Assembly (NCBI GenBank): GCA_032718475.1
Contig: JAUCBJ010000115.1
Span: 1 to 43,043 of the forward strand
Length of the DNA: 43,043 nt
Source: Nemertoderma westbladi
Taxonomy: Eukaryota; Animalia; Xenacoelomorpha
Reading direction: 5' to 3'
In this document: positions 23,451 through 35,264 of the stretch, in pieces
Layout of the letters: each line of letters opens with the position of its first letter
How positions within the stretch are numbered: position 1 is the stretch's first letter
Made by a program: the position numbers and the translations under genes
The notes under the pieces: model-generated
What the model was told of the DNA's origin: nothing
Databases searched by the model: none
What the model saw: the letters and a program-made list of their open reading frames with translations, nothing else

Positions 23451-24066
23451 ATTTGACCGTTTTCGAACAGAAAAGCGAAATAAAGGAGCTTGGTTAACCG
23501 TCGCATGGGTGTACCGAGCCGCGTTCTATCATAGGCGTATACGAGTGAGCGTATTCGAGGAAGAGGAGATCCTAGAGGCGACCGACATACCAGCCACTCC
23601 GGTTGCACCGTCTGCACGTCACCCTCGGGAGGACGGACAGGGTAGGATCATAAGGGTCCAGAAGGTGAGCCAACAATTAAAGAAGTCTATTAATATAGAA
23701 GAACGCAAGGGAGTTGAGCCGACCATTCGAATTACTCGGGATACAGTATCGCTTCCTAGAGAACCAACAGGAGGATCGGGACATACACCAGCTGATCAAA
23801 AGGGGGCGCAAGCTACTCTTGGGTCTGCGTCGTCTGCTTCCCGCGCGTTCCCAGACGTTTTACCAACTGTAGTGACAACTGATCGGTCACGAGGAATCGG
23901 TCGAGGTTTCGGGATATCTAATAGACGAATTTGTGAGGAAATGGTCGCACCGTCTCCCAACGTCCAAGCGAAACCAGTGACTCGCCCCACGAGTCCCATA
24001 TCGCGAGCAAAGTCACCTGTACGCAGTTTTCGAGGACGCGGCAGGGCTCAATCAACAAATCGGTAA
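23416..24066 (+). CDS. Accessory ORF3b; probably a frameshifted continuation of ORF3a, basic/disordered with RG motifs
   Basis: Overlaps the ORF3a end, TTG start, RGIGRG and RGRGR tail. Confidence 0.55.
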   Translation: MPKMFNCITYGEFDRFRTEKRNKGAWLTVAWVYRAAFYHRRIRVSVFEEEEILEATDIPATPVAPSARHPREDGQGRIIRVQKVSQQLKKSINIEERKGVEPTIRITRDTVSLPREPTGGSGHTPADQKGAQATLGSASSASRAFPDVLPTVVTTDRSRGIGRGFGISNRRICEEMVAPSPNVQAKPVTRPTSPISRAKSPVRSFRGRGRAQSTNR

Positions 24067-24134
24067 AAGGGAGGGCAAGAGTGGACGGAAGACTCGTGAG
24101 CCTTTCTTGTGAATTTGTGATTTATTTGAATTAT

Positions 24135-24235
24135 ATGTTTTATATTTAGTAAGATTTATATTTAGAAGGAATTTATATTTAGTAAGAATTTATATTTAGT
24201 ATGAATTTATATTTTGCAAGATTTATATTTTATAT
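24135..24235 (+). repeat. ~16-17-bp AT-rich tandem repeat in the 3' non-coding region
   Basis: ATTTATATTTAGTAAGA-like units. Confidence 0.7.
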
Positions 24236-24760
24236 TTGTGTTTATTCCGAACTTATGCAATTTATATTGTTCCGAATATTATGCAATTTATATCTTATAA
24301 GCAGTATTTGTATTTACAGTGAAATAGAAAGTAAGAGTAGACGGAAGACTCGTGGGCCTTTCTTATAGTTTCATTTGTAAAGCGTTATATTTTGTATTTA
24401 GAAAGTTTTATAGTTAGAAAGTTTTGTACTTAGAAAGACTCATATTTGTAATTATTCCGAACTTATGCAATTTATATTTAGGCACGAAAGTATTTGTAAT
24501 TATTTGAATTTATGCAATATTTGAGATGCAATAGATTTATATTGGTGAATTTAATTTAGATTTATATTGTACCTACTTAATAAAGCCTTAAATATGTAAA
24601 GTTTGAATTTGTAATTATTTTGTATCGAATTATTATGTAGAAAGGAAGTATTATTGTTTGAAATTTAATTTGTAAATGTGTAGGTACGCCCTAAGTATTC
24701 TATAATTTGATTGATTATTGGTGAAAACCGTATATTTTATGTACGATAATATCCTGTTTT

Positions 24761-24770
24761 CATGGAGCGG
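24761..24770 (+). promoter_or_regulatory. Short polypurine-tract candidate
   Basis: ATGGAGCGG directly before the 3' LTR. Confidence 0.4.
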
Positions 24771-26674
24771 TATAGAATTATATCCTCACAAAAGCCGTGG
24801 ATTTTCGAAATTTTGTTTTGTTGGAATAAACTTGTTAAAAGAATTACATTAAGTTCTCATTTGTATTTACCATGTCTATTTGTACAATGTTATTCAAGTG
24901 GTTCAGTAGCTCAGTTGGTTAAGCGTTGGAAATTTGTCTAGTAGGTATAGAGTTCAAATCCTAGCAGGTGCAAATTGTGTTTTGTGCTGAATTTCAACTA
25001 ATTTAAATTGACCGCTACAGTTTAATTGCATGCACTTAGGTAGATTAACCAATGTAATTGCAGTTATTTGATAGTAACCAATGTCGTGTAAGATATGTGT
25101 TTGCTGGACCAATAGTTATCTTTAAAATCCAATATAATTCATGGAATGTTCTCGATTGTTTGCAGCACAAATTTGCTATAAAAGGTGCGATTTCGTTCAT
25201 TAATTACTAGATACCACTAGATACCCCTATCTAACTACCTTAACAACACTCTAGATTAGCAGTATTCAGTATTATTGTATTGTATAGATTTATTTCAGAT
25301 TACATTTTGTATTAGTATTATCTGCAATAAAATCAGAATTATCGCTATCTGTCCTTTTACTCTGTTTCACCACGGTGAACGCCCCTAAAGAACAGGATGG
25401 CCGGCTAGACATCGGGCCGCAGCAGTGAACGGGAACATCGGGGAATGTGAACAGGAGACCGCCCACAATATCTATTCGAGTTATTCACCCATCGCCTGAA
25501 GGTTAGACAGTGTTCGATGCTTCGCTACCTAAGTGTAAGACCTAAGATCGACGGTAGGAGTAGCGACACACTGTAGGCCAAAAATTTAAATTAAGAACTG
25601 TATTGTCCCAATTCTTGGAAAACCAGCAGAACCCCTTCATATTCCTACGGGAAAGAAAAAAGGAAAGTTAGACAGAGATACACGTACGCAGATAGGACAC
25701 AGGCACACCATTACCCGGCATGTACATTGGTAGGGTGCAGCAAAATTGTACGCCTAACTCATTGTCAGGTATAGGTGCGTTGGTGGCTTGTCGGCAGTAC
25801 ACGGTGTTTATTGCTTGCGTTGGAACTTGTAGGCCAGGAGAGGGTTGCTGTGTTTTCTCTGAATTGAGATTATACCGTTCAGGCGGTAGGGCAGTTTATT
25901 GCTAGGCGAAAAAAAATTAAGGCTAATTAGGGATACTAACACCTACCGTGTCCCCGCCAACGTCCTGATAGGAAGTTACCCAGCCTACCTAGGTGACTAA
26001 AATTCCAGATAAGAGCCAGGATAGCTATTTGTAACTGTACGCCTACAGTAGTAAACTAACACATTTCTTCTTAGTATTAGGGACCTGGTAGATAAAATTG
26101 CCGAATTCTGGGCGTAGCATTAACCCTATACCTGAATTTGAGTCCTGGAAATACACAAAAGGGGAAGGAGCCTTGTCATTTGTAAGTATTGGACCTACAA
26201 GTTACCAAAATATTAGAATATTTGTAAAATAAACGCCGGACCCAGTAAATGAGAGTATATGAAGGATAAAACCAATTTTGACCTATGAAATAAAACACAC
26301 GCGCGTTTAGGAATTATTTACACCTCAAAATATATAAAATAATTTGTTCGCACTGCTGATTTTCCCGCTAGTTATATTTGTAGCTAGCGCTTTTTCATCA
26401 TATAAATCACACCGCGGCAAAGTATACGAGCGCCTTTAGTCCGTCGAGTGAGTCAGCCCGATTTTAGGATTCGCTGCGCGGGATTTTGTTTTATCGAAGT
26501 TTGTCCATTCGTAGACTGTTTTCTGCCTCACCGGTTATAAGAGACCGATACTGCAATAGGTTCGCTTACTTGGAGTTTACTGTTTTGGTGAGAAGGTCGG
26601 ATTTATGCTTTGATTCACAGACTCTATAGTATGATATTGCAGGATTCGTGTATTTGTTACTGTCTCTTCATTTA
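24771..26674 (+). repeat. 3' LTR (1904 bp)
   Basis: Direct repeat of the 5' LTR with extra 23-bp (25323-25345), 16-bp (26417-26432) and 1-bp segments. Confidence 0.95.
24900..24983 (+). ncRNA. tRNA-like Pol III cassette inside the 3' LTR
   Basis: A-box TAGCTCAGTTGG, B-box GAGTTCAAATCC, T4 run. Confidence 0.6.
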
Positions 26675-27241
26675 TTGACTGTTTAATCCATTACCTGGCT
26701 GGATATTGTTCTGTGCTCCAGAAATCAGACCAGGCCAAGCAGATTTTGCATGTGCAGCATTACTGGATAAATTTGAGAGTTTGTCAATAATATTCGATTC
26801 TAACGTTTTTAACTGCATGCTAAACGACTCTTTAGCCTCCCCTATTTTTTTCTCCATATTTTTTTTCATAAAATCAATTCGTGTTTTTATATCCTCTTCT
26901 TCAATGTCCATTGGCGTGCCCGTTGCTAACTTTGGTAACGAAAGGGCCTCTAGGGCTCCAACAGCAATAACTGGCAGTTTTCCCTGTGAGTCTAACTCGG
27001 CTAATTTGTCCATTATATCCTTAAGAATAGCCTGAGCTGCCGATCTATCGTTAGTGTCTTTTCTCTTAATAAAATCGATGTTTCCCACCTCCTCGAACAG
27101 CAGACGTTTCGCCTCCAATATCTCTTCTGCTGTATAGTGCTTAATGTATAGGCCTATACTAGAGGATCCTCCAGTTATCTCAATTGGCGAGAATGCCGAG
27201 GTAATGTTTGTTGACAACAACTGGCTCGAAACATTCTTCAT
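26675..27241 (-). pseudogene. 5' half of a non-LTR (CR1/L2-group-like) ORF1 gene interrupted by the LTR element
   Basis: YTAEEILEAKRLLF..KRK..DIMDKL..LPVIAV..LPK N-terminal pattern, then coiled coil. Confidence 0.7.
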
Positions 27242-28020
27242 CAGATTAATTTGTTAAATGGTAAATAAACTAAGTACAAAATACTTAATAATATGCAATT
27301 AAATAACATAAAAGTATTTACTGTATATTCAAAATAATATTGTGTATATAATTTATCAAGATTAGAGATGCGAGTCAGGAAATGTAAGGAAATTTTCTAG
27401 ACATTTTTCCCACAATTTCGTATTTTATTAATTGTTGTTATATAAAATTAACTTTTAATTTTGTAATTCCCGCCCAAACTCTCCAACCTCCAATATCACA
27501 TTGCCCCCCCCCCCCCCCACCCCTTTCTTGTTACTTCTGATACGCTAAAATTTTAACATCCACTGATCTCTTTACCCGTTCAACATGCTCAAATACATTC
27601 CACATTCCCTGTGGCACCCATCTGTCTATGGGTGAGGTGAACGATCTATCTCGGTGCTGTGCTGGTATTTATTGCATTTTTTGTACTCAGATACTCAGTA
27701 CTACTAATAAAACTTGCAACACAGATTTTGTTGTCTCCAAATTGCAAACAATGGTTCAAGATTATTCTGCCAATGGATCCTTCTTTTTATTGTGGGCCCA
27801 AATGTTCCCCAAAGCGACACATAGTCGAGGCATAGACCTGTCGACGTCAATTACGCCCGATAAAAGGCTGTCACTGTCAATATGATGATGGCGGTGTTGT
27901 TAAATAGAACCAATTATACATCCACTATTCGGATGGGGGGGGGGGGCATTTTGAGGGCGGAAACGTCCTTGACTCGCATGGCATACACCTCTCAGCTATG
28001 GGCCAAGGCAAGTTATATGC

Positions 28021-28169
28021 AACACTACAGCACGCCCTTGTCACTTGTTAAACCCTCACTATAAAATATAATCACACCATTATATAATATATACAACACT
28101 ACAGCACGCCCTTTTCACTGTTGTTGTTAAACCCTCACTATAAAATATAATCGCACTATTATATAATAT
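28021..28169 (+). repeat. Tandem duplication of about 75 bp
   Basis: AACACTACAGCACGCCC...TATATAATAT occurs twice. Confidence 0.85.
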
Positions 28170-30179
28170 CTGAGTGGCTCTTATAAATAAGAGCCACGAA
28201 ATCAAATAATGAAAACAGCAGACGACTGACAGCAGACACCCGAGCGTGGGGGTGGGTGTTGGGGTGGGTGGTGTCTGGGATGGAGGTGCGGGTGAGGGTA
28301 GTGTAAGTTTCAGAAGAAAAACACAACAATTACGATTACAATGACGTAAAAGTATAGTAAAATGAAACTTGGAAGCTTTTCTGTTTTAAAGAATGTAATA
28401 TTTTTGGACCTGAATCTGGTTGTACTTGCCCTTTTTATATAATAAGGATTGACTTGCCCTTTTTTATAATCTGGATTGATTTGCCATTATTTTTACCAAA
28501 TTCTTAAGAACAGTATATATATCTGGACCATCACTAGACATTACATTAACTTAATTAGTAATTACATGCAATGCCCTGATATGCCTCAAATACATAGGTT
28601 TAATACCTGAGTGTAGGCTATTTAAACTTACTTACATAAACTTACTTACCATATTTAGTGTGCTACAGTAGTATAGTAGACCTACCAGTACCGGCATGAT
28701 GAATACAAAACCTGAAATCATAAAGACTAATTTCTACAAATGGTACCCTGAACCTGGTTGTAGGCTAGTTAAACGTACTTACAGATTCACCTTACCATTA
28801 AACAAATTTGTTAAATGTGCTTTTGGTCCAAAAGTTAACATTTTATGAATAATATTAAATCAGCAATAAAATTGAACAAATCGCTACCATGTTAGGAATT
28901 ACCCTAGGTAGGCTACAAACCTATTTCAAATGATAACTGTCTGCAACACTACTTGAAGCTGTAATACTGTAGTAAACAGTATACTAAGAGTGGACTTTGA
29001 AATAGTTATGTTCTGTTCAGACAGACATATTTGCAGCACTACTGGTACGCCTACTGGTACATCCAAATAGGTAGGCCTACATTCAAAACATTATTACTCT
29101 ACAAAAACCAATAAATGAATAGTAAATGGAATCCCTTACATCCTAAACAAACAATTTGTATAGTAGCCAATGGCAGATCATCTTGTAGTTAATTGGTTTT
29201 TTTTAATGATTGATTCCACTGTAGTTTAGTTTGAATGTAGGAAGTGTGGAAGGAGAGCCTACTAATATGTTTTAGTAGGTATATCTTGGGTCGAACCAGG
29301 CAGATTGGTGTAGATGGGAGAGTAGCAAGAGTTCACATTGGCTTATTAACAATATACATCATCCAGTTAAACCCTGGCCTCAGCTTTAGAATCTTATTGA
29401 GTATTGAGAAATAACAGTAATTATGTATGGAGGTTTATTTATGCCTGGGATGGAACTGGGAGCAGGGCTGCTGAAAGGGCCTGGGGTAATGTATTTGTGG
29501 AAAATCCGGGCCCCCATTATATTTTGATGTGAAATAGGTGTAACTAGACTAGCAAGTACACGATGCTCCATGGGGGAGGGAGGGGGGGGGGGGGGGGGGG
29601 GTTAGTTTCGGTTCAAACATTTATGGTCTCCTGAAATATATTTTTGAGATGTTAGATATCTGGGTAAAATTTGGACATGAGCGTTATTCCTATTCTCTTA
29701 GTGACACTCTCGTATTCCTCACGAAAGCAGGGGGGTGATATTTATGTATTACTAACAAGTTGAATAGTTAATGGAAAAAATGGTCCCTCATTCATGTCAG
29801 AAACGAAAACAAGTCGGAACAACAAGTATCCGCCATTGTATAAGCTGCTTAACAGCAATATATTATTATTAAATCATATCAAGAAAGTTGGCATTGCCTG
29901 ATGACCAACCCAAAAGATAAAAAAACAGAAAAAAACTGTCCCTGAACCCTTGTATTATTTGTATATATCAAGCAGCACAGACGATGAAGAAGAAATATTG
30001 GATCAAGATGGCTCGGCAGATGGTTGTAGTGAAGATAACAGGCAAGAAGAAGTTGAGTGTGGAGAAGAGGCTTTATTGTCTTGTGTGCGCCTGAGGAAGG
30101 GTGGTACTTTTTGGCCTGCACGAATTGAGGTGCCCCCTGTGGGTGCAGCTGCTCCAAAGCCAAGAAATTATAAAGATTA

Positions 30180-30949
30180 TTTTAAATGGGTATTTTTCTA
30201 GGCTTGAACAATTACGCATGGATTAAACATACATCCAGTGACTACATTTTCAAAAAAAAAATTTCATAAAATCTAATAACATCTGGAAAAATGGAGAACA
30301 TCTACAAAGATGGGGTCTGGAAGACCAAGTAGGTTTTCAAAAGAAGAAGAAGATGCTTGGTCTCAGTAGTGAAATCCTTTACAGAGTTTGGATTTCCACT
30401 AGGGGAATGTGAATTTTTGGACTTAACGGAATCTTATATAAATAAGATAGGAAAATAAGTTCTCTTTCCGAAAACAGTTGGGCGACCCGGTGAGGAGTTC
30501 GTCTTTTCATGAAGCACTGGAAATGTGAGTTATCAATACGTACCCCTGCATTGCTCACGTTGTCGAGGACAATGGGCTGCAATCGCACAGTAGTCGAAGC
30601 ATGGTTTGCCCTTCTGAAAAAATATATTGACAATCATGGATTGGCAGATAGGCCAGCACAAATATTAAGTTTTGATGAAAGTGGAATGGGAACCAACCCA
30701 AATCGAAAAAATATCATTGCAAAGAAAGGAGCCAAAAATCAAACTAACATTATCCCTGGGTCAGGCAAGGAGCAATACACAATCCTCTCTACTGTGAGTG
30801 CCTCACCGAAAAATTACCCACCGCACATTGTTTATCAAGGAAATAATTTATATGGGGAATGGATGGAAGGTGGGCCACCAGGCGCCTTAATGGTGTTAAA
30901 TAGATGGATGAAACTACCAGTGTCTATAATGAGTATTTCAAACATTTAA
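30180..30949 (+). pseudogene. pogo/Tigger-type (CENP-B HTH + DDE_1) transposase fragment
   Basis: GRPSRFSKEEE, LSIRTP, QILSFDESG, KEQYTIL, PPHIVYQG. Confidence 0.8.
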
Positions 30950-31299
30950 TTTTTTACTTTTATCCATAGGATATAAGTATAAGATAAGATATAGGTATAA
31001 GATATAAGTACTCACCTCCCTTGCAAGCCTCCCTGTGATCGTCCTGTATGTCTTGTCACAACAATAGTATATAGAAATTGTCGAAATTGGAGGATCAAAA
31101 TTTTTTTGGCTAGGCCTTGCTACGCCCCAAGCTGCCATTCAAATTAAAGATCAACATATATACAACAAAATTATTGCTAAACTGGGTTTCCCCAATTTGC
31201 CCAAAAGGACAAAAAATGACATCCAAATATTGATATCAATACCAAAATTGAAGGATTTCACTCTTGGTACTTACCAAAAATAGCACTTATAAACGAAAT

Positions 31300-32010
31300 G
31301 GAGAATTGACACCAGTTTTAATCGAATCAGCACCCTCGAAAACCTGTAAATACCGACAATTATCAATTTCTGTCTAACAGTATAGATTTTAACATATTGT
31401 GCCATGCAGCCATGTGCCACAAATATGTGTCACATGCTAAACTGGCACAACTGTGTGATAGCGGAATTTTAAACTATTTTCAATCGTATCAGCACCCTTG
31501 AAAACCCATAAGTACTGAAAATTGTCAATTTTTGTCTAGCAGGATAAATTTTGATATTTTATGCCATGTGCCGCAAACATTTGCCACATGCTAAAGTGGC
31601 ACAATTATGGAACCACGGGATTTGAAACTATTTGTAATCGTATCGGCACCCTTGAAATCCTATAAATAATGAAAATTCTAAATTTCTATCTAGCAGTAGA
31701 TATATTTGTATCTTGTGCCAAGTTCCGCAAACATGTGCCACATGTTAAAGTGGCACGTCTGAGTGACAGCGGAATTTGAAACTATTTGCAATCGAATCAG
31801 CACCCTCTAAAACCTCTAAATACTGAAAATTGTCAATTTCTGACTATCTGTAGTAAGTTTGATATTTTGTGCTATATGCTGAAAACATGTGCCACATGCT
31901 AAAGTGGCACGTCTGAGTGACAGCGAAATTTGAAACTATTTGAAATAGAATCAGCACCCTCAAAAACCTCTAAATACTGTAAATTATCAATTTTTGACTA
32001 TCACTAATAT
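31300..32010 (+). repeat. ~154-bp tandem repeat, about 5 copies
   Basis: AATCG(A/T)ATCAGCACCCT-like anchor at ~31321, 31482, 31636, 31790, 31944; further copy at ~32385-32500. Confidence 0.85.
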
Positions 32011-33149
32011 GTAATAAGTATTAATAATTAATATTAATTAGTAATAATAATTCGCAATGAGTGTGACCGCAGTCCACTTAGCGACCGCTCCCCCACCCCC
32101 CAGTGGCGTCTGAAGAGTGATGCCTCGGTTGTGAAGAACAGACCAAGTCTATTATAATAACCAAAGCGAGAAAGCATATTTGTTACTGTAATAGTTATCC
32201 GGTTATTGGGTAATAAGTATATTGGTGTTGGTGAATATTCAATATTTCAGAATTGAAATCCTAGTTGTCATTGTATTATTTATACTGCATTATAATTATA
32301 TTCTACGAGGCCAAAACATATTTGGTTATTATCTAGGATACTCAATATATGGGATAATTAGCTAAAATAAGTAATAAGTAATAATATTTTGTGCCATATG
32401 CCTCAAACATGTGCCACGTGCCTAATTTGTCTAATCTGTGCCACCACGGAATTTGAAACTATTTGCAATCGCATCAGCACTCTGGGAAACTCATGAGAAC
32501 CAAAAGCTGCGGCATTCTGGCATTGTTTATCATATTTCCCAAATATGATAATATTGGCAGATGCCAAGAAATGATGGCACAACGCCAAACATTGATACCC
32601 TTCCCAAACGATTCAGAACACTTGAAAACCCGTATTGAAGAAAAATTGTTCTTAAAACATGAACACTTTCCGAATTAATGCATTTTGGCCACAAATCATG
32701 GTTTCTGACCCACTGTGCAACACCAACAACACTGACAAATCGCAACAGATGATGCAAAATTGCATAATATAAGACATGCATAATTGTCTATTTATTGAAA
32801 ATGATTTCAGTTATTTTTGCCTTTTTGAAGGCCCGTATTTCTTCAGAGTCCCTTTGCAGGCGACGCTTCCACTGCTGCCATTGCGGCTCCAAATTGTCGT
32901 CGAGGGAAGTGGTGGACGTAGAGCTAATATTAATAGAAGTGTCTTCGGCGCACTCTGGATTCGCAATCCGTTGGAGTATCAATGCTACTGCTCTAGCTAT
33001 ATGTGTATATACTAATATGTGCTATATTACAATATTAAACTCCCCCAGAAACATATTAGCATTGCTAATATTTTTCTGGGGGAGTTTAATATTGTTTGTA
33101 GGTTCTAGAATAGTTTCAATGTCAATGGGGATAGAGTCTTATCATAATG

Positions 33150-33960
33150 ATCAAATTTAACCAAGAGATTTTCGGGCATATACTCGAGTTGTCATTTACC
33201 CATATAGCAGCGTTCTCGATGCTCTTCCAACGAGTTGTCAGTGTAAAAGGCTCTGAGACAGCATTCGCAGTGCTTCTTGTTACCCATCGAAGTAGCTTTT
33301 GCATTTATTAATCTATCTAAGTTAGTAATAGCTACGTAGTGGGCGGGGTTTTTGGTTGTGGCTTCGATAAATAGTAAATTTATTACAGTTTTACCGGAAC
33401 AATGCACGCTATCTGGTTGACTTAGAATGGACAGTTCTTCTGTATTACTCCAACATAAAAGGTTTATACAGTATAAAGGGTTTGCTTTCAGAAACTGGGG
33501 AATACCACTTACTCTATCCACTGGAGAACTTAAAGTGGAAAAATCAAGCATGTTTAAGAAAGGATTATATGTTGATATTTTACTAATATTATTTTTTTTA
33601 TATCAATTTTTTTATAATTCGCGGCGGCCAATACCTCGTATTTAAAGCAATCTCCCAGTGGGTAGTCTACACTTACTGTACAGTTTTTATTTAATAATAA
33701 TTTAGAGTTATTCAAGCCTTGACCCTTTAAATAGGGATTGCGTTGCGAGCACGTTTTTCGCTCAATAGCTATTATGCGCCAACCCAAGCCGAGGCAGAGA
33801 AACACACTTAATAGTTGATCAATGCAGTTTACAGTGCCAGAAAACCAGTTAAAGAAGTCGTTATTATTTAGAATTTGGTTATTGCTACCGCTAGATTTAA
33901 AACAAAAGGACTCTATTTGGAATCCTTCGCTGGCCAACCATCATCTTTTTCTCCAAGGAC
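33150..33960 (-). pseudogene. Polinton/Maverick-like pPolB N-terminal fragment (frameshifted)
   Basis: DCFKYEVLAA, LDFSTLSSPV, INLLFI, HYVAITNLDRL, CECCLRAF..LEEHRERC. Confidence 0.7.
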
Positions 33961-34795
33961 AAGGTCAGGCAGCAGTCGCATCTGTACTGCGCGAAATGAG
34001 TTTTAATATGCCGCGATAAATGAACGCCCCAGGTCTCTTTATCACAGATTGGGCAGTTGACTTTATTTGTGGACATTGGTATCTTGAATCTAGAAAAATA
34101 AATTGTTTATTTGTAAAAAAAGAAAAATACTGTATGCTTGCTAAAAATATTGAAATACAGTAGGTGTGAATTAGTTACTAGGCAACAATACTGCGTTTTG
34201 TATAATTTGGCCTATTGATGACCAAAATTGTGTCAGTCAGTCAGTCAGTTGCCTCCGAGTCCAACAAAGTCCACAAAAGGCAGGTAGTCAGACAGTCACT
34301 TGCTCCATAGCCATGAAACAAAAGCGAGTAGTCAGCAGTGCAGTAGTGCTAGTGATATATTCTGTCAGTAGTATCGATAACCATGAAATATTAGCGGTGG
34401 GCCTATGCGAGATCTCAGTCAGTCAGTAGGATATATAGTGAATAACCGTAGTAATCAATGTTGTTCGGTAAATCGTTACTACGGCACTACTAAATCAAAC
34501 TCGATTGATCAGATAGTCAGGTAGAAAAGCAGAAAGACAGATATACTGGTTGGAGGGTCCGATAGCGGTTTAGGCTACTGGCAGACCGGTACCACAGCAG
34601 TCTGACAGTATTTAATAATGGGGGTACCCTTTGCACCTATCTGTGACACTTACACAACACTGATGACTCATTTTGTGTCAGGGCGCTAATCAGTCTGATT
34701 AATTAGGATAATCAATTAAACCCTAACTAGGAGTCATAAGACACCTATTAGGGTTTAATTGTACTAATTAATTGATAACACCTATCAATTATTGC

Positions 34796-35212
34796 CCACC
34801 TCACCCGCACTAGTATTGTGGTTGATATAACACCTTCCCCACCCCACCCACGATTGTTACTATGGTTGATCTACCACCCTAAGCCGCGCATAGTACTGTG
34901 GTTGATTTACACCTTCCCCACCCCACCCGCTCTTAGTACTGTGGTTAATTTAACACACGTCCTACCCTACCCGCGATTTGTAGTGTGGTTAATTTGACAC
35001 CTTCCACACACCCACCCACGTTTGTTACCTATTGTTACCATTGTTACTATGGTTGATCTACCACCCTAAGCCGCGCATAGTACTGTGGTTGATTTACACC
35101 TTCCCCACCCCACCCGCTCTTAGTACTGTGGTTAATTTAACACACGTCCTACCCTACCCGCGCTTTGTAGTGTGGTTAATTTGACACCTTCCACTCACCC
35201 ACCCACGCTTAG
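34796..35212 (+). repeat. ~41-bp minisatellite with a ~190-bp higher-order duplication
   Basis: TAGTACTGTGGTT(G/A)ATTT..ACACCTTCC units. Confidence 0.85.
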
Positions 35213-35264
35213 TCATGTGTAGGGGAACTCCATAACGTGAAAACCAAACGTCGAGAAAAGCAGT

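Larger units (their letters stand above)
10246..26674 (+). mobile_element. Full-length BEL/Pao LTR retrotransposon (16.4 kb), coding region decayed
   Basis: Two LTRs; TSD TTGAC at 10241-10245 and 26675-26679; gag-PR-RT-RH-IN order with BEL/Pao signatures. Confidence 0.96.

Noticed and set aside
22554-24066. env gene
   Set aside because: No signal peptide, TM anchor or Cys-rich ectodomain visible.
32403-33160. Cluster of short overlapping ORFs
   Set aside because: No motif identified; cannot be assigned to the neighbouring Polinton-like fragment with confidence.
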